A DNA stretch of 64,000 nt from Gemmatimonadota bacterium (GTDB lineage: Bacteria > Gemmatimonadota > Gemmatimonadetes > Palauibacterales > Palauibacteraceae). Shown here one piece after another: positions 29,050-38,873 of the stretch (the stretch's first letter is position 1; every line of letters begins with the position of its first letter). Location of the stretch: the NCBI GenBank assembly GCA_963666735.1, contig OY762926.1, positions 1,952,001 to 2,016,000 of the forward strand, given 5' to 3'. Under the pieces are notes generated by a model. The model was not told the origin of the DNA. It made no database searches and was given only the letters and a program-made list of their open reading frames with translations. Made by a program: the position numbers and the translations under genes.

Positions 29050-30660
29050 CTAGTCGAAGTTGACTTGGCGCACCTCTTCGACCCAGTCGAGGTCCTCCAG
29101 CGCGCGCAGCGTCTCGGCCGGCAGTTCGCCGTCGATCCTCACCACGCCGAAGGACTGGCCACCGCCCTTTCGCCGCGCAAGGTGATACTCGGCGATGTTC
29201 GCGTGCACCTCGCCGAGCACCGTCCCCACCGCGCCGATCACCCCCGGCTGGTCGCGATTGCGGATGAGGAGACAGGTGCCGCGGGGCTCCGTCTCGATAC
29301 GGAAGGTTCCGACGCGCACAATCCGCGGTTCCATCCGGGACCCCATGAGGGCGCCGCCCACAACCCTCCCCCTGCCTCTGCCCGATGCCGCGGAGAGTTC
29401 CACGTAGTTCGTGTAGTCGCCCACGGCCTGCGTACGTACGCGCACGATCTCCAGACCCCGTTCCGCCGCGATCGACAGGGCGTTCACGACGTTGAGGGGG
29501 GGATCGACCCGGCGTTCGAGGAACCCGACGGCGACGCTCGCCGCGAGGGGTCCGAGCACGCCGTCCTGCGGTCCTCCGTAGTGCACGTCGATCCGGTTGG
29601 GGGGTGCGTCCTCGATTCCGGCCAGGAGGCGTCCCAGGCGGTACCCGAGATCCATGATCGGTCCCGCCCCGTCGCGATCCTCGGCTTCGAAGGGAGCGTT
29701 CAGCGCGGCGCTGTAGTCGCCCTCGACGAGCGCGTCACGCACGGAGATGGCGATCTGCCGGGAGACCTGACGCTGGGCTTCGTACGTGGACGCGCCCAGA
29801 TGCGGGCTGAACACGAGTTGAGGAGCGTCCCGCAGCGGGCTGTCGGCGGGGAGCGGCTCCGTCTCGAACACGTCGAGGCCGGCGGCTCCGAGATGGCCGC
29901 TGGCGAGCGCCTCCGCCAACGCCGTCTCGTCCACGAGCCCGCCCCGCGCGGCGTTCACCAGAATCGAGCCCGGGCGCATGGCCGCAAGCTCGTTGCCGCC
30001 GATGAACCCGCGGTTCTCCTCGGAGAGAGGGACGTGCAGCGTTATCGCGTGGCAGGCCGGAAGGAGTTCGTCGAGGCCTGCAAGTTCCACGCCCAGATCG
30101 CTCGCCCGCTCGTCGCTCACGAAGGGATCGTGGGCCACGACGCGCATCCCGAACGCGCGCGCCCGCAAGACGACCTCCGCTCCGATCCGCCCGAGCCCGA
30201 TCACGCCGAGCATCTTCCCGCTCAACTGTATGCCCCGCAACTCCTTGCGCCTCCATTCCCCGGCGCGGATGCTCGCGTCCGCCTCCGTGATCCGGCGGGC
30301 CGCCGCGAGGAGCAGAGCGAAGGCAAGTTCGGCGGTGGACTGCGTGTTCGCGGCGGGCGCGTTGAGCACGGCGATGCCGCGCCGCGTGGCGGCCGGGATG
30401 TCGATGTTGTCCACGCCCACGCCCGCGCGTCCCACGACCCTCAGCCGGTCCGCGGACTCGATGAGATCGGGGGTGACCTTGGTGCGGGACCTCACGATGA
30501 GCGCCGATGCGCCTTCGAGCGCGCTGCGGAGCGCCTCGCGATCCGATGCCGTGTGATCCTCGACCACGAGCCCGGGGGCGGCCCGCAGCGTCTCGATCCC
30601 GTCCGGGAGGAGGGGATCCGCGATGATGACGCGAAGGTCGCCGTCGTTCGAATCGCTCAC
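29050..30660 (-). CDS. serA: D-3-phosphoglycerate dehydrogenase (with ASB and ACT domains)
   Basis: GRAGVGVDNID, GLGRIG, NAARGG, DVFETEP, PHLGASTYEAQ, NRDQPGVIG. Confidence 0.94.
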   Translation of the reverse strand: MSDSNDGDLRVIIADPLLPDGIETLRAAPGLVVEDHTASDREALRSALEGASALIVRSRTKVTPDLIESADRLRVVGRAGVGVDNIDIPAATRRGIAVLNAPAANTQSTAELAFALLLAAARRITEADASIRAGEWRRKELRGIQLSGKMLGVIGLGRIGAEVVLRARAFGMRVVAHDPFVSDERASDLGVELAGLDELLPACHAITLHVPLSEENRGFIGGNELAAMRPGSILVNAARGGLVDETALAEALASGHLGAAGLDVFETEPLPADSPLRDAPQLVFSPHLGASTYEAQRQVSRQIAISVRDALVEGDYSAALNAPFEAEDRDGAGPIMDLGYRLGRLLAGIEDAPPNRIDVHYGGPQDGVLGPLAASVAVGFLERRVDPPLNVVNALSIAAERGLEIVRVRTQAVGDYTNYVELSAASGRGRGRVVGGALMGSRMEPRIVRVGTFRIETEPRGTCLLIRNRDQPGVIGAVGTVLGEVHANIAEYHLARRKGGGQSFGVVRIDGELPAETLRALEDLDWVEEVRQVNFD

Positions 30661-30670
30661 GGATTATCGC

Positions 30671-31792
30671 TCAGAGAACTTCGTCGAGGACGGCCAGAAG
30701 CGCCTCCAACTCGTCGAGAGTGTGTTCGCCCATGTGCCCGATCCGGAACGACGGTTGTTTCAGGGGCCCGTAGCCCGCCGCCACCGTGTATCCGTGCGCC
30801 AGCGCACGGGAGACGACTTCGGGACCCGTCAGTCCGTCCGGAAGCATGATGACGGTCACGCACGGCGAGCGGTAGCCCGGGGGCGCGAGCACATGCCACG
30901 GCCGGCCCGTTCGCGCGGCCGTATCGTCCACCCATTCGTACGTCCGGCGGGCCATGGCATCGTGACGCTCCCAACGCGCCTCCAGCCCTTCCTCCATCAT
31001 CCGGTCCAGTTGCCGGTCGAGAGCGAAGAGGAGCGAGACGGCCGGCGTGTTCGGCGTCTGCCAGCGCTCGAGGTTCTTCTCGAACTTGAGGATGTCGAAG
31101 TAGAAGCCGCGGTGTTCGACCTCCCGCGCGCGGGCGAGTGCCCTCTCGGAGGCGACGGCCAGCGCGAGGCCCGGCGGCAGGGCCACCGCCTTCTGCGACC
31201 CCGTGAGGACGAAATCCAGTCCCCACTCGTCGGTCTTCACCGGCGCCCCGGCCAGGGATGAGACCGTGTCGACGGCGATCAGCACGTCGTCGAACTCGTG
31301 GACGGCGGCGGCGAGTTCCTCCAGCGGATTGAGGACGCCGGTCGAACTCTCCGAGTGGACGACGGTGACGAGGTCGTACCGGCCGGGCGCCGCGGCGAGG
31401 GCGTCGCGCAGCCGCTGCGGCAAGTTCGGTTCGCCCCACTCCGCCTCGAGCGCGTCCGCGGGGCGCCCGGTCGCTTCGGCGATCGCGTGGAACCGCTTGC
31501 TGAACGATCCGTTCGTGAGGCACAGGACGCGGCGGCGCGTGAGGTTCGTGATGGCCGCTTCCATCATGCCGGTGGCGGACGATGTCGACAGGTACACCGG
31601 CCGCGACGTCCGGAAGAGTCGCGACGCGGCAGGCTGCATCGCTTCGATGAGGCCCGAGACCTCGGCGCTCCGGTGCCCCACGACGGGTCGCCGCATGGCG
31701 TCGAACAGATCCGGAGGGACTTCGGTCGGGCCGGGCAGAAAGAAGCGGCCGAACGAGATTGGTGGGTTCATGGCGGGAGTTGGTGGGTTCAT
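30671..31792 (-). CDS. Class V PLP aminotransferase (serine-pyruvate/alanine-glyoxylate type, probable SerC role)
   Basis: FLPGPTEV, GHRS, VHSESSTG, VDTVSS, GSQKAVALPPGL, QTPNTP, FRIGHMG; directly upstream of serA. Confidence 0.88.
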   Translation of the reverse strand: MNPPTPAMNPPISFGRFFLPGPTEVPPDLFDAMRRPVVGHRSAEVSGLIEAMQPAASRLFRTSRPVYLSTSSATGMMEAAITNLTRRRVLCLTNGSFSKRFHAIAEATGRPADALEAEWGEPNLPQRLRDALAAAPGRYDLVTVVHSESSTGVLNPLEELAAAVHEFDDVLIAVDTVSSLAGAPVKTDEWGLDFVLTGSQKAVALPPGLALAVASERALARAREVEHRGFYFDILKFEKNLERWQTPNTPAVSLLFALDRQLDRMMEEGLEARWERHDAMARRTYEWVDDTAARTGRPWHVLAPPGYRSPCVTVIMLPDGLTGPEVVSRALAHGYTVAAGYGPLKQPSFRIGHMGEHTLDELEALLAVLDEVL

Positions 31793-31800
31793 GGCGGGAG
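31759..31800. repeat. Perfect 21-bp tandem duplication spanning the aminotransferase start codon
   Basis: ttggtgggttcatggcgggag x2. Confidence 0.92.
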
Positions 31801-31913
31801 ATGGTATCGCCCCCGGACGCCTGTGGCCAATCGGTCCCGCGCGGTTCTGGCAGCGTCCGGTTGACGCGCCGCCGGGACAGCGGGATTTTGCGGCCCGACC
31901 AAGGGGTTCACAC

Positions 31914-32177
31914 ATGCGATACGTCACAATCACCGACCTGTCTCCGGAAGATGTCCTCGACCGCGCCAAGACGTTCTTCGGCCGGCATTCCGGGCTCGCC
32001 GTGCGCGAGGAGACGGAGGCATCCGTCACCTTCGCCGGGGAAATCGGCCTCGCGAGGTTCGCGGTCGACCGGGCGGGAGGGCACACGAATGTCCGGGTGG
32101 AGACGGATCGCGTCGTGGGCCTCGACGTGACCGACCTCGCGAAGCGTTTCCTCTACACGCTCCGGAACGTCCATTGA
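31914..32177 (+). CDS. Small hypothetical protein (87 aa)
   Basis: MRYVTITDLSPEDVLDRAKTFF...LAKRFLYTLRNVH; purine-rich RBS; TTGACG-N17-GATTTT at 31861-31889. Confidence 0.7.
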   Translation: MRYVTITDLSPEDVLDRAKTFFGRHSGLAVREETEASVTFAGEIGLARFAVDRAGGHTNVRVETDRVVGLDVTDLAKRFLYTLRNVH

Positions 32178-32190
32178 CACCGGAGGCCGC

Positions 32191-32466
32191 ATGAACGCCA
32201 TCACGGTACGCCTCATCATGCCCGACCGCTGGCTCGAGCACGTGGCCGAAATACCGGCCGACACGACGGTCGCGGACGCCAAGGCCTTCGGCATCCGCGC
32301 GATGCTCCAGCGCTCCTCGGACGACCCCGGCGACTTCTACACCGAGTTTTCCGAGCGCCGCATCCGCGATGAGACGCGCACCCTCGCGGAGGTGGGGATC
32401 GCGTCGCGCGGAGTTCTCTCGATTCGGGCCTACGACCTCGGCCACTACCCGCCCTTCCGGGGCTAG
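32191..32466 (+). CDS. Small hypothetical protein, putative ubiquitin-like beta-grasp fold
   Basis: [43 protein letters not shown] pattern. Confidence 0.65.
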   Translation: MNAITVRLIMPDRWLEHVAEIPADTTVADAKAFGIRAMLQRSSDDPGDFYTEFSERRIRDETRTLAEVGIASRGVLSIRAYDLGHYPPFRG

Positions 32467-33824
32467 CGGGACGGGCGGTTGAAGTAGCTCCGCGTCTCCC
32501 GCCATACGACGCCCGACAGGAGCAGGAGGCCCAGCAGGTTCGGCGCCGCCATGAGGCCGTTGAGGATGTCGGAGATCAGCCACACGACATCGAGTTCCAC
32601 GACCGCCGCGAACCCGACCACGAGCACGAAGGCCAGCCGATAGGGCCGGATCACGCGTTCGCCGAAGAGGTAGGCGAAGCTGCGTTCCCCGTAGTAGGAC
32701 CACCCGAGCATCGTGCTGAAAGCGAAGGTCGCGAGGCTGAGCGCGACGATGATGTCCCCCGCACCCGCGAGAAGACTCGTGTCGAAGGCCAATTGCGTCA
32801 TGTTCGCGCCCTCGGCGCCCGACTGCCACGCCCCCGTCGTGAGGATCGCGAGTCCCGTGAAGGTGCAGACGACGATGGTGTCGATGAACGTCTGTGTCAT
32901 GGAGACGAGGGCCTGCCGCACGGGCTCGCGCGTCTGCGCCGCCGCCGCGGCGATCGCCCCCGTGCCGAGCCCCGATTCGTTCGAGAAGATGCCGCGCGCG
33001 ACCCCGAAGCGCATCGCCTGGAGGACCGTGTAGCCCAGGGCCCCGCCGGCCACCGCGCGCCCCCCGAACGCGTGCTCGAACACGAGCCGGAAAGCCGCGG
33101 GGATCTCCGCCGCGTTGGATAGGAGGACGACGCCGGCGACGCCCATGTAGAGGACGATCATCGTCGGCACGATGACGCTCGCCACGCGCCCGATGGACCG
33201 GATCCCTCCGATGATGACGAGCCCGACCGCGCCCGCCGCGGCGAGACCCGTGATCCAGTGCGGCAGCCGAAACGATTCGTTCATCGCGTCCGCCACCGCC
33301 TGGGACTGGACGCCGTTTCCGATGCCGAACGCCGCGAGCGTCGCGAAGAGCGCGAAGGCGATCGCCAGGCCGCGGCCGAGCCCGCCCCGGCCGAGGCCGT
33401 GCTCGAGGTAGTACATGGGGCCGCCCGCCTTTTCGCCCCGGGAGTCGGTCTCCCGGTAGCGGACGCCGAGCACCGCTTCCGCATACTTCGTCGCCATCCC
33501 GAGGAGTCCCGTCACCCACATCCAGAAGAGCGCCCCGGGGCCGCCCGCGCCGATGGCCGTTGCGACGCCCACGATGTTCCCGGTGCCGACCGTTGCGGCC
33601 AGCGCGGTCATGAGCGCCTGGAAGTGCGAAATGTCGCCCTCGCCGCCGGGTTCGCGGCGCTTGACGAGCGCCAGCTCGAGCGCGTGCCACAGGCGGCGGA
33701 ATTGGAGGCCCCGCAGCAGCAGCGTGTACACGAGGCCCGTGGTGAGGAGGAGGATGATGAGGGGGACGCCCCACACCCAGGCCTGAATCGCCTCCAGGGT
33801 TCCGACTGCGGAAATTGCGGTCAC
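32463..33824 (-). CDS. Alanine/glycine:cation symporter (AGCS family)
   Basis: [65 protein letters not shown]. Confidence 0.93.
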   Translation of the reverse strand: MTAISAVGTLEAIQAWVWGVPLIILLLTTGLVYTLLLRGLQFRRLWHALELALVKRREPGGEGDISHFQALMTALAATVGTGNIVGVATAIGAGGPGALFWMWVTGLLGMATKYAEAVLGVRYRETDSRGEKAGGPMYYLEHGLGRGGLGRGLAIAFALFATLAAFGIGNGVQSQAVADAMNESFRLPHWITGLAAAGAVGLVIIGGIRSIGRVASVIVPTMIVLYMGVAGVVLLSNAAEIPAAFRLVFEHAFGGRAVAGGALGYTVLQAMRFGVARGIFSNESGLGTGAIAAAAAQTREPVRQALVSMTQTFIDTIVVCTFTGLAILTTGAWQSGAEGANMTQLAFDTSLLAGAGDIIVALSLATFAFSTMLGWSYYGERSFAYLFGERVIRPYRLAFVLVVGFAAVVELDVVWLISDILNGLMAAPNLLGLLLLSGVVWRETRSYFNRPSR

Positions 33825-34032
33825 CTCGTACTGGAGGTCATCGGGGGAGCGCGCGCCGGACGCCGCGGCGAGCGGGCCGTGACGTTAGACGCGCCTCCGC
33901 GCCGCCGTCAACGCAACGGGACCGGCATGGCGCCCGGCGCCCGGGTCCGCCGCGCGTCCACTCGGGTCCGCGGCGGGTCCACTTTGGACGGACGGACGCC
34001 TTGCGTACCTTCCCACCGATGGGCGAAGGCCC

Positions 34033-35637
34033 GTGCACGACCCCTTGTCCAATTCGTTTGATGGGATCCCGCTCTTGAACCAGGATCAGTCGGAAGCCGC
34101 GGCGGGAACGGCCCCGCCGTCTCCGGAGACGCTCGAGACCCTCTCGGGCGCGATCGAGCGGGGACGCCACATCGCGCTCATTGCCGCCGAGGGGGCGGGC
34201 CTCGCGCCGCTCTACGCGGCCGCCGCCGTGCGGGATCTTGCCGCTGGCGAGGCGGGCGGCCGCGCCTTCGTGCTGACCGCGACCGCGGACCGCGCGCGGC
34301 GTTGCGCGTCGCGCATACATGCCGCCGCCCGGGCCGCCGGGCATGAGGTCGTCGTCGTGCCGGGCGCCGCCGCCGGGGCGATCTCGCGGGCCCCGATCCT
34401 CGTCGGGCCCCCGGCCGCCCTGCTGGAAGGGGTGCGAAGGGGCGACATCCCGGCGGGGGCGCTGTGCACCCTGGTCCTCGACGACGTGCGTGCGCTCGAG
34501 CCGGCGCGGGCCGCCGTCGAGGCCGTGGTGCAGACCTCGGGCGAGGGGGCCCGTCGGATCGCGGCGACCCACGCCCGCGATGCGGCGTTCGATGAGTTGA
34601 TCGAACGCTGGCTGCCGCGCGCGCGCCGCTGGCCGAAGGAGCTGTTCGCCGAGCCGCGGGCCGGGGCGTCGGCGGGCGGCCGCGTGGCGGGCACTCCGAT
34701 CGCCGTCGCGAGCCGGGCGACGCGCGAGGGCCGGCTGGCCCGTCTGGCCGAATTGCTTCACGACATCGCGCGGGCCGGCGCGGCCACCGCCGTCAGCGTC
34801 GAGGCGCCCGCCACCGCCGTCGCCGAGGTGAGCACGGCGCTGTCGCTAGCCGGGCTGCAGGTTGCCGACTCCGAGGGAGCCGAAGCGGCCGAAACGGACG
34901 GCGCTGCCGCGGTGCGGGTCGGGGCGTGGGGCGATGTCGACCCCGGCGCCCATGCCGTCGCGTTCGAGCTGCCGCCGGCGCCGGAGCTCCTCAGTCGCGC
35001 GGCGGAGACAGCCGAGCGCTGCTACGCCATCGTCGACACGCTGCACGAGCGGCAGCTCGAGCTGACGGCGTTGCGGGCCGGGCGGCAGGTCGCACCCCTG
35101 GGCGATCCCGCGGACCCCGCGCTCATGGACGACGTGGCCGCCTTCCGGACCCGCGTCTCCGACGCCCTCGAGCAGCAGGATCTCGCGAGCGGTGCACTCC
35201 TCCTCGCCCCGCTCATCGAAGAGCACGGCGCCGCGCGCGTGGCCGCCGCCCTGGCCGGACTCCTCCGCGGGGTGGACCGGCCGGCGCCTCGGGCCAGCGA
35301 CGCGGCACCCGGCGATGGCCCGACCCGCGACGGGCCGACCCGCGACCGCGCGGGCACACCGCCCGACAGGAGCGCCCAGCGCGCCACGCGGCCGACATGG
35401 ACCAAGGTCTTCGTCGGCGTCGGCAGGCGCGACGGCGCCGGCCCCGGCGACCTCGTCGGCGCCATCACCGGCGAGACATCCGCCGCCGGCGGACAGATCG
35501 GACGCATCGACATCCGGCAGAACTTCACCCTCGTCGACATCGACTCCCTGATGGCCGACGAAGTCGTCCGGGGCCTCGACGGCAGTCAGATCAAGGGTAG
35601 GCAGGTCGTCGCCCGCCTGGACCGCGAGGCCCGGTAA
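34033..35637 (+). CDS. Degenerate DEAD-box-like protein with C-terminal DbpA RNA-binding domain
   Basis: C-terminal VFVGVGRRDGAGPGDLVGAITGE..IGRIDIRQNFTLVDI..IKGRQV; helicase motifs recognisable but eroded; start uncertain. Confidence 0.75.
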   Translation: MHDPLSNSFDGIPLLNQDQSEAAAGTAPPSPETLETLSGAIERGRHIALIAAEGAGLAPLYAAAAVRDLAAGEAGGRAFVLTATADRARRCASRIHAAARAAGHEVVVVPGAAAGAISRAPILVGPPAALLEGVRRGDIPAGALCTLVLDDVRALEPARAAVEAVVQTSGEGARRIAATHARDAAFDELIERWLPRARRWPKELFAEPRAGASAGGRVAGTPIAVASRATREGRLARLAELLHDIARAGAATAVSVEAPATAVAEVSTALSLAGLQVADSEGAEAAETDGAAAVRVGAWGDVDPGAHAVAFELPPAPELLSRAAETAERCYAIVDTLHERQLELTALRAGRQVAPLGDPADPALMDDVAAFRTRVSDALEQQDLASGALLLAPLIEEHGAARVAAALAGLLRGVDRPAPRASDAAPGDGPTRDGPTRDRAGTPPDRSAQRATRPTWTKVFVGVGRRDGAGPGDLVGAITGETSAAGGQIGRIDIRQNFTLVDIDSLMADEVVRGLDGSQIKGRQVVARLDREAR

Positions 35638-35642
35638 GTCCG

Positions 35643-36710
35643 ATGAGCCCAGGGAGCCCGATCGGCCTGATGCGGCGCCTGTTCGACTTCAGCCGCTTCA
35701 GGGGCCGCTTCCTCGGGGCCGTTGTCTTCACGGGCACCCTCTCGGTCGTCGGGACGATCGGCTTCTCGCTCATGCCCGGGTACAGCCTGTCGGACGCGTT
35801 CTTCATGACCGTGATCACGGTCTCGGCGGTCGGGTACGGCGAAATCCAGACGCTGACCGACGGCGGCCGCGTGTTCGCGAGCTTCATGATCGCCGGCGGC
35901 ATCATCACCCTCGCGATCTGGTTCGCCCTCATCACCGCCACCCTCGTCGAGATGGATCTGGCCCAGGCATTCAAGAGGCGCAAAACAATGAAGAGGATCG
36001 ACTCCACCCGGGACCATGTGATCCTGTGCGGCGCGGGCCGCACGGGCCTCGCGGCGCTAAGGAGGCTCGTCGCCCGCGGCACCCCTTACGTCGCGGTCGA
36101 GAGCAACCCCGCGCACGCCGCCGACGCGCGGAACGCCGACCCGGACGCACTGATCATCGAAGGGGATGCGACGGACGACGACGCGCTGCTGGCGGCGGGG
36201 ATCGACCGGGCGCGGGGGCTCATCGCCGCGTTGAGCGCGGACACCGACAACGCCTTCGTGTGTCTGGCGGCGCGCGAGCTGAATCCGAATCTGACCATCG
36301 TGGGGCGGGCGCGTTCCGAGGAATCGGTGAGCAAGCTCAGGAAAGCCGGCGCCGACCGCGTCGTCACGCCCAATGCGACGGGCGGGATCCAGATGGCCTC
36401 CCTCGTCCTGCGTCCCAACGTCACGCTCTTCATCGATACCGAGACCTCCGGAGACGGCATGGGCCTGCTCCTGGAGCAGGCGTCGGTGGCGGAGACCTCG
36501 GCAGTCGCGGGACTCACGCTGGACGAGGCGCAGATCCCGGCCAGAACCGGGCTCCTGGTCGTCGCCATCCAGCGCGGAGAAGGCGACCGCGACGGCGGCG
36601 ACCGCTTCGTCTACAACCCGGGACCGGACGAGAGGGTGCGGCCCGGAGATCTCCTGGTCGTCCTGGGTCCGCCTCCCAAGTTCCCCGAACTCCACCGCCT
36701 CCTGAGCTGA
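35643..36710 (+). CDS. Two-TM potassium channel with RCK (TrkA-N/TrkA-C) domains
   Basis: TVITVSAVGYGE filter, HVILCGAGRTG, GDATDD..AGI..A, AGADRVV, YNPGPD. Confidence 0.9.
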   Translation: MSPGSPIGLMRRLFDFSRFRGRFLGAVVFTGTLSVVGTIGFSLMPGYSLSDAFFMTVITVSAVGYGEIQTLTDGGRVFASFMIAGGIITLAIWFALITATLVEMDLAQAFKRRKTMKRIDSTRDHVILCGAGRTGLAALRRLVARGTPYVAVESNPAHAADARNADPDALIIEGDATDDDALLAAGIDRARGLIAALSADTDNAFVCLAARELNPNLTIVGRARSEESVSKLRKAGADRVVTPNATGGIQMASLVLRPNVTLFIDTETSGDGMGLLLEQASVAETSAVAGLTLDEAQIPARTGLLVVAIQRGEGDRDGGDRFVYNPGPDERVRPGDLLVVLGPPPKFPELHRLLS

Positions 36711-36771
36711 CGCGGACCCCCGAGGCCGGCCTGACGCGGGCCCCGAAGCCAACCCTGCCCGCCCGGGGGGA

Positions 36772-37726
36772 TCAGAGCTTCTCGGGATTCTCGCGGAAGA
36801 AGGGCCGCCACTTCTCCTCGGGCGAGGGCGGGGTGAGCAGGCTCACGACGATCAGGAGGCTGAGCGAGATGAGGACCCCGGGGATCACGATGTAGTCCGT
36901 GGATGCGAAGTCGAATGGATCGCCCCCGATCGTGGCCGTGAAGTTCACGCCGAGCTTGGACAGGGCCGCGATCCCCACGATGCTCCCGAGGCCGCCCGCG
37001 ATACACGCCACCCCACCGAACTTCTGGTACATCCCGCTCTCGCCCGGGATGAGGAGGAAGGTGGGCATCGCGACCCCGATGACCCAGAGGGCGTTGTGGC
37101 CTCCGAGGACCGTCAGGTGTTCCTCGGGAGCCCGGCCGCGATCGCGCCCACGCCGCCGTTGGCGAAGACGAGGTAGGGGAGGCCGATGACGATGCCGAGG
37201 GTGATGATGATCCCGTTGATGAGGTCCACCGAGACGATCGACACCATCCCGGCGAGCGCGGTGAAGGCCACGATCGTAACGGCCGTGATGATCATTCCGG
37301 TCGTGGGCGAGATGGCCCCGTCCGTGACAATGCTCAGGATCCAGCCGCCGCCCCGGAACTGGTAGGCGGCGATCGTGACGTAGGCGAGGATGATCGCGAC
37401 CGTGCCGAGGATGCGCGCCGCCGCGTTGTAGCGCTGTTCGAGGAGGTCCGGGACGGTGTACTTCGCGATCGAGCGCACGCGGGGCGCCAGGTAGAAGGCG
37501 ACGAGCAGGCCGACCCAGGCGCCGAAGGAGAACCACAGTTCCGCGATGCCCGTGCGGTAGGCCAACCCGGCCCCGCCGAAGAGCGACCCCGACCCGATCC
37601 AGGTGCAGATGAGCGTGCCCACGAGGAGCGCCACCGGCACGTTCCGGCCCGCCACCATGAAGTCCGCGTGTCTTGATCTGCCTGGAGCGCCACACGCCGA
37701 TCCCGATGAGGACGAGCGGGTAGGCG
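36772..37726 (-). pseudogene. Sodium:solute symporter (SSS) pseudogene
   Basis: DFMVAGR..TWIGSGSLFGGAG..YTVPDLLEQRY..MYQKF; no start codon, frameshifts near 37668 and 37127, apparent internal deletion near 37018. Confidence 0.85.
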
Positions 37727-37729
37727 TGG

Positions 37730-38398
37730 CTACTCCCCCTTCGACATCCGGCGCTTCAACTCCTCGAGCATCGCGTCGGCCCGCGCCTCGCGCAGTTCCC
37801 GCTCGGCCACGAAGTCCCGCTGCGGCGCGCCGGCCATCGGGTCGAGCGCTTCATCCACCTGGCGGCGCGCGTCGTCGAGGTCGCTGCTTCCCTCCATCTT
37901 CTCGGCCATGCGGTCGAACGCGTCCGACGAGTCGAGCCGGTCGGAGGAGTGCTGGATCGCCTTCGCGCGCCGTTGCTGCACGCTGAGCGAATCCCGCCGC
38001 GCCATGGCGCTCTTCAGTTGTTCCACGCCCTGCGCGGCCTCGGCCTTCTGCTGCTGGAGTTCGGCCTGCGTCCCCCCGGCCTTGATGACGAGGACCTCGA
38101 GCCGCTGCCGGTGCCGCTCCGCGAACCGCTCCGCGACCTCGACCGTCTCGGCGTCCCCGATCTCGGCCGCCTTCGCCGCCCGCCGCTCCGCGACCCGCGC
38201 CGCCTCCTTTTCCCGGTCGGCCTGGCGCACCTGCGAATCGAGCAGCTCCTCGAGTTCGGAGATCCGTGCCCGCCTATCGACGAGTTCCCGGCGCATGGCG
38301 CGGATGACGCGGTCGATGTCGTCCTCGGACGCACCGGGCTGCTTCGCTTCCATCCGGTCGAGCGCCTCGTCGACCATCTGCCTGAGTTTCCTGAACAT
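37730..38398 (-). CDS. PspA/IM30-like coiled-coil protein
   Basis: About 222 aa, helical; ERRAAKAAEIGDAETVEVAERF, DAFDRMAEKM, DAMLEELKRRM. Confidence 0.7.
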   Translation of the reverse strand: MFRKLRQMVDEALDRMEAKQPGASEDDIDRVIRAMRRELVDRRARISELEELLDSQVRQADREKEAARVAERRAAKAAEIGDAETVEVAERFAERHRQRLEVLVIKAGGTQAELQQQKAEAAQGVEQLKSAMARRDSLSVQQRRAKAIQHSSDRLDSSDAFDRMAEKMEGSSDLDDARRQVDEALDPMAGAPQRDFVAERELREARADAMLEELKRRMSKGE

Positions 38399-38472
38399 GG
38401 CTCTGAGTTTAGCAGCCCCCGGCGAAACGCCGCCACCGCCGACGCACCGGATCCGTCGGCGGGCCTCGCCGC

Positions 38473-38503
38473 TTGCCGATGATACAATACTCCGGTATAG
38501 TAT
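38473..38503 (+). promoter_or_regulatory. csoR-copA promoter with CsoR-type operator
   Basis: TTGCCG-N17-TATAGT (38473-38501) overlapped by the ATACT-N7-AGTAT inverted repeat (38487-38503). Confidence 0.8.
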
Positions 38504-38552
38504 ATTTGACACAGGATCGCCTCGGATGAGCGGTCGATGATGGACGCGGAGC

Positions 38553-38873
38553 GTGGAGCGAGTGGCGGTGAGCGATGCGGGGCCGCATGCGATGGGGATC
38601 GCGGAGGGGACGAAGAACGACCTTGGCCGCCGGTTGGCCCGTATCCGGGGACAGGTCGGGGGCATCGCCCGCATGGTGGAGGATGAGCGGTACTGTCCGG
38701 ACATCCTGCAGCAGTTCGCCGCCGTTCACTCCGCGCTCCGCGCGGCCGAGAAGGAACTCCTGCTGAACCACCTCGAGCGCTGCGCCACCCATGCCATCGA
38801 GGAAGGCGGCGACGCCGCGACGGGAGTGCGCGCGGAGATCGCGGATCTGTTCATGCGCTTCGCCGGCAAATGA
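38553..38873 (+). CDS. csoR: CsoR-family copper-sensing repressor
   Basis: RLARIRGQVGGIARMVEDERYCPDILQQ..NHLERC (C-H-C ligands); start may be 38592. Confidence 0.9.
   Translation: MERVAVSDAGPHAMGIAEGTKNDLGRRLARIRGQVGGIARMVEDERYCPDILQQFAAVHSALRAAEKELLLNHLERCATHAIEEGGDAATGVRAEIADLFMRFAGK

Noticed and set aside
33825..34032. Glycine riboswitch upstream of the AGCS symporter
   Set aside because: Expected conserved elements (GGAGA, CCGAAG, CTCTCAGG) not seen; an Infernal scan would settle it.
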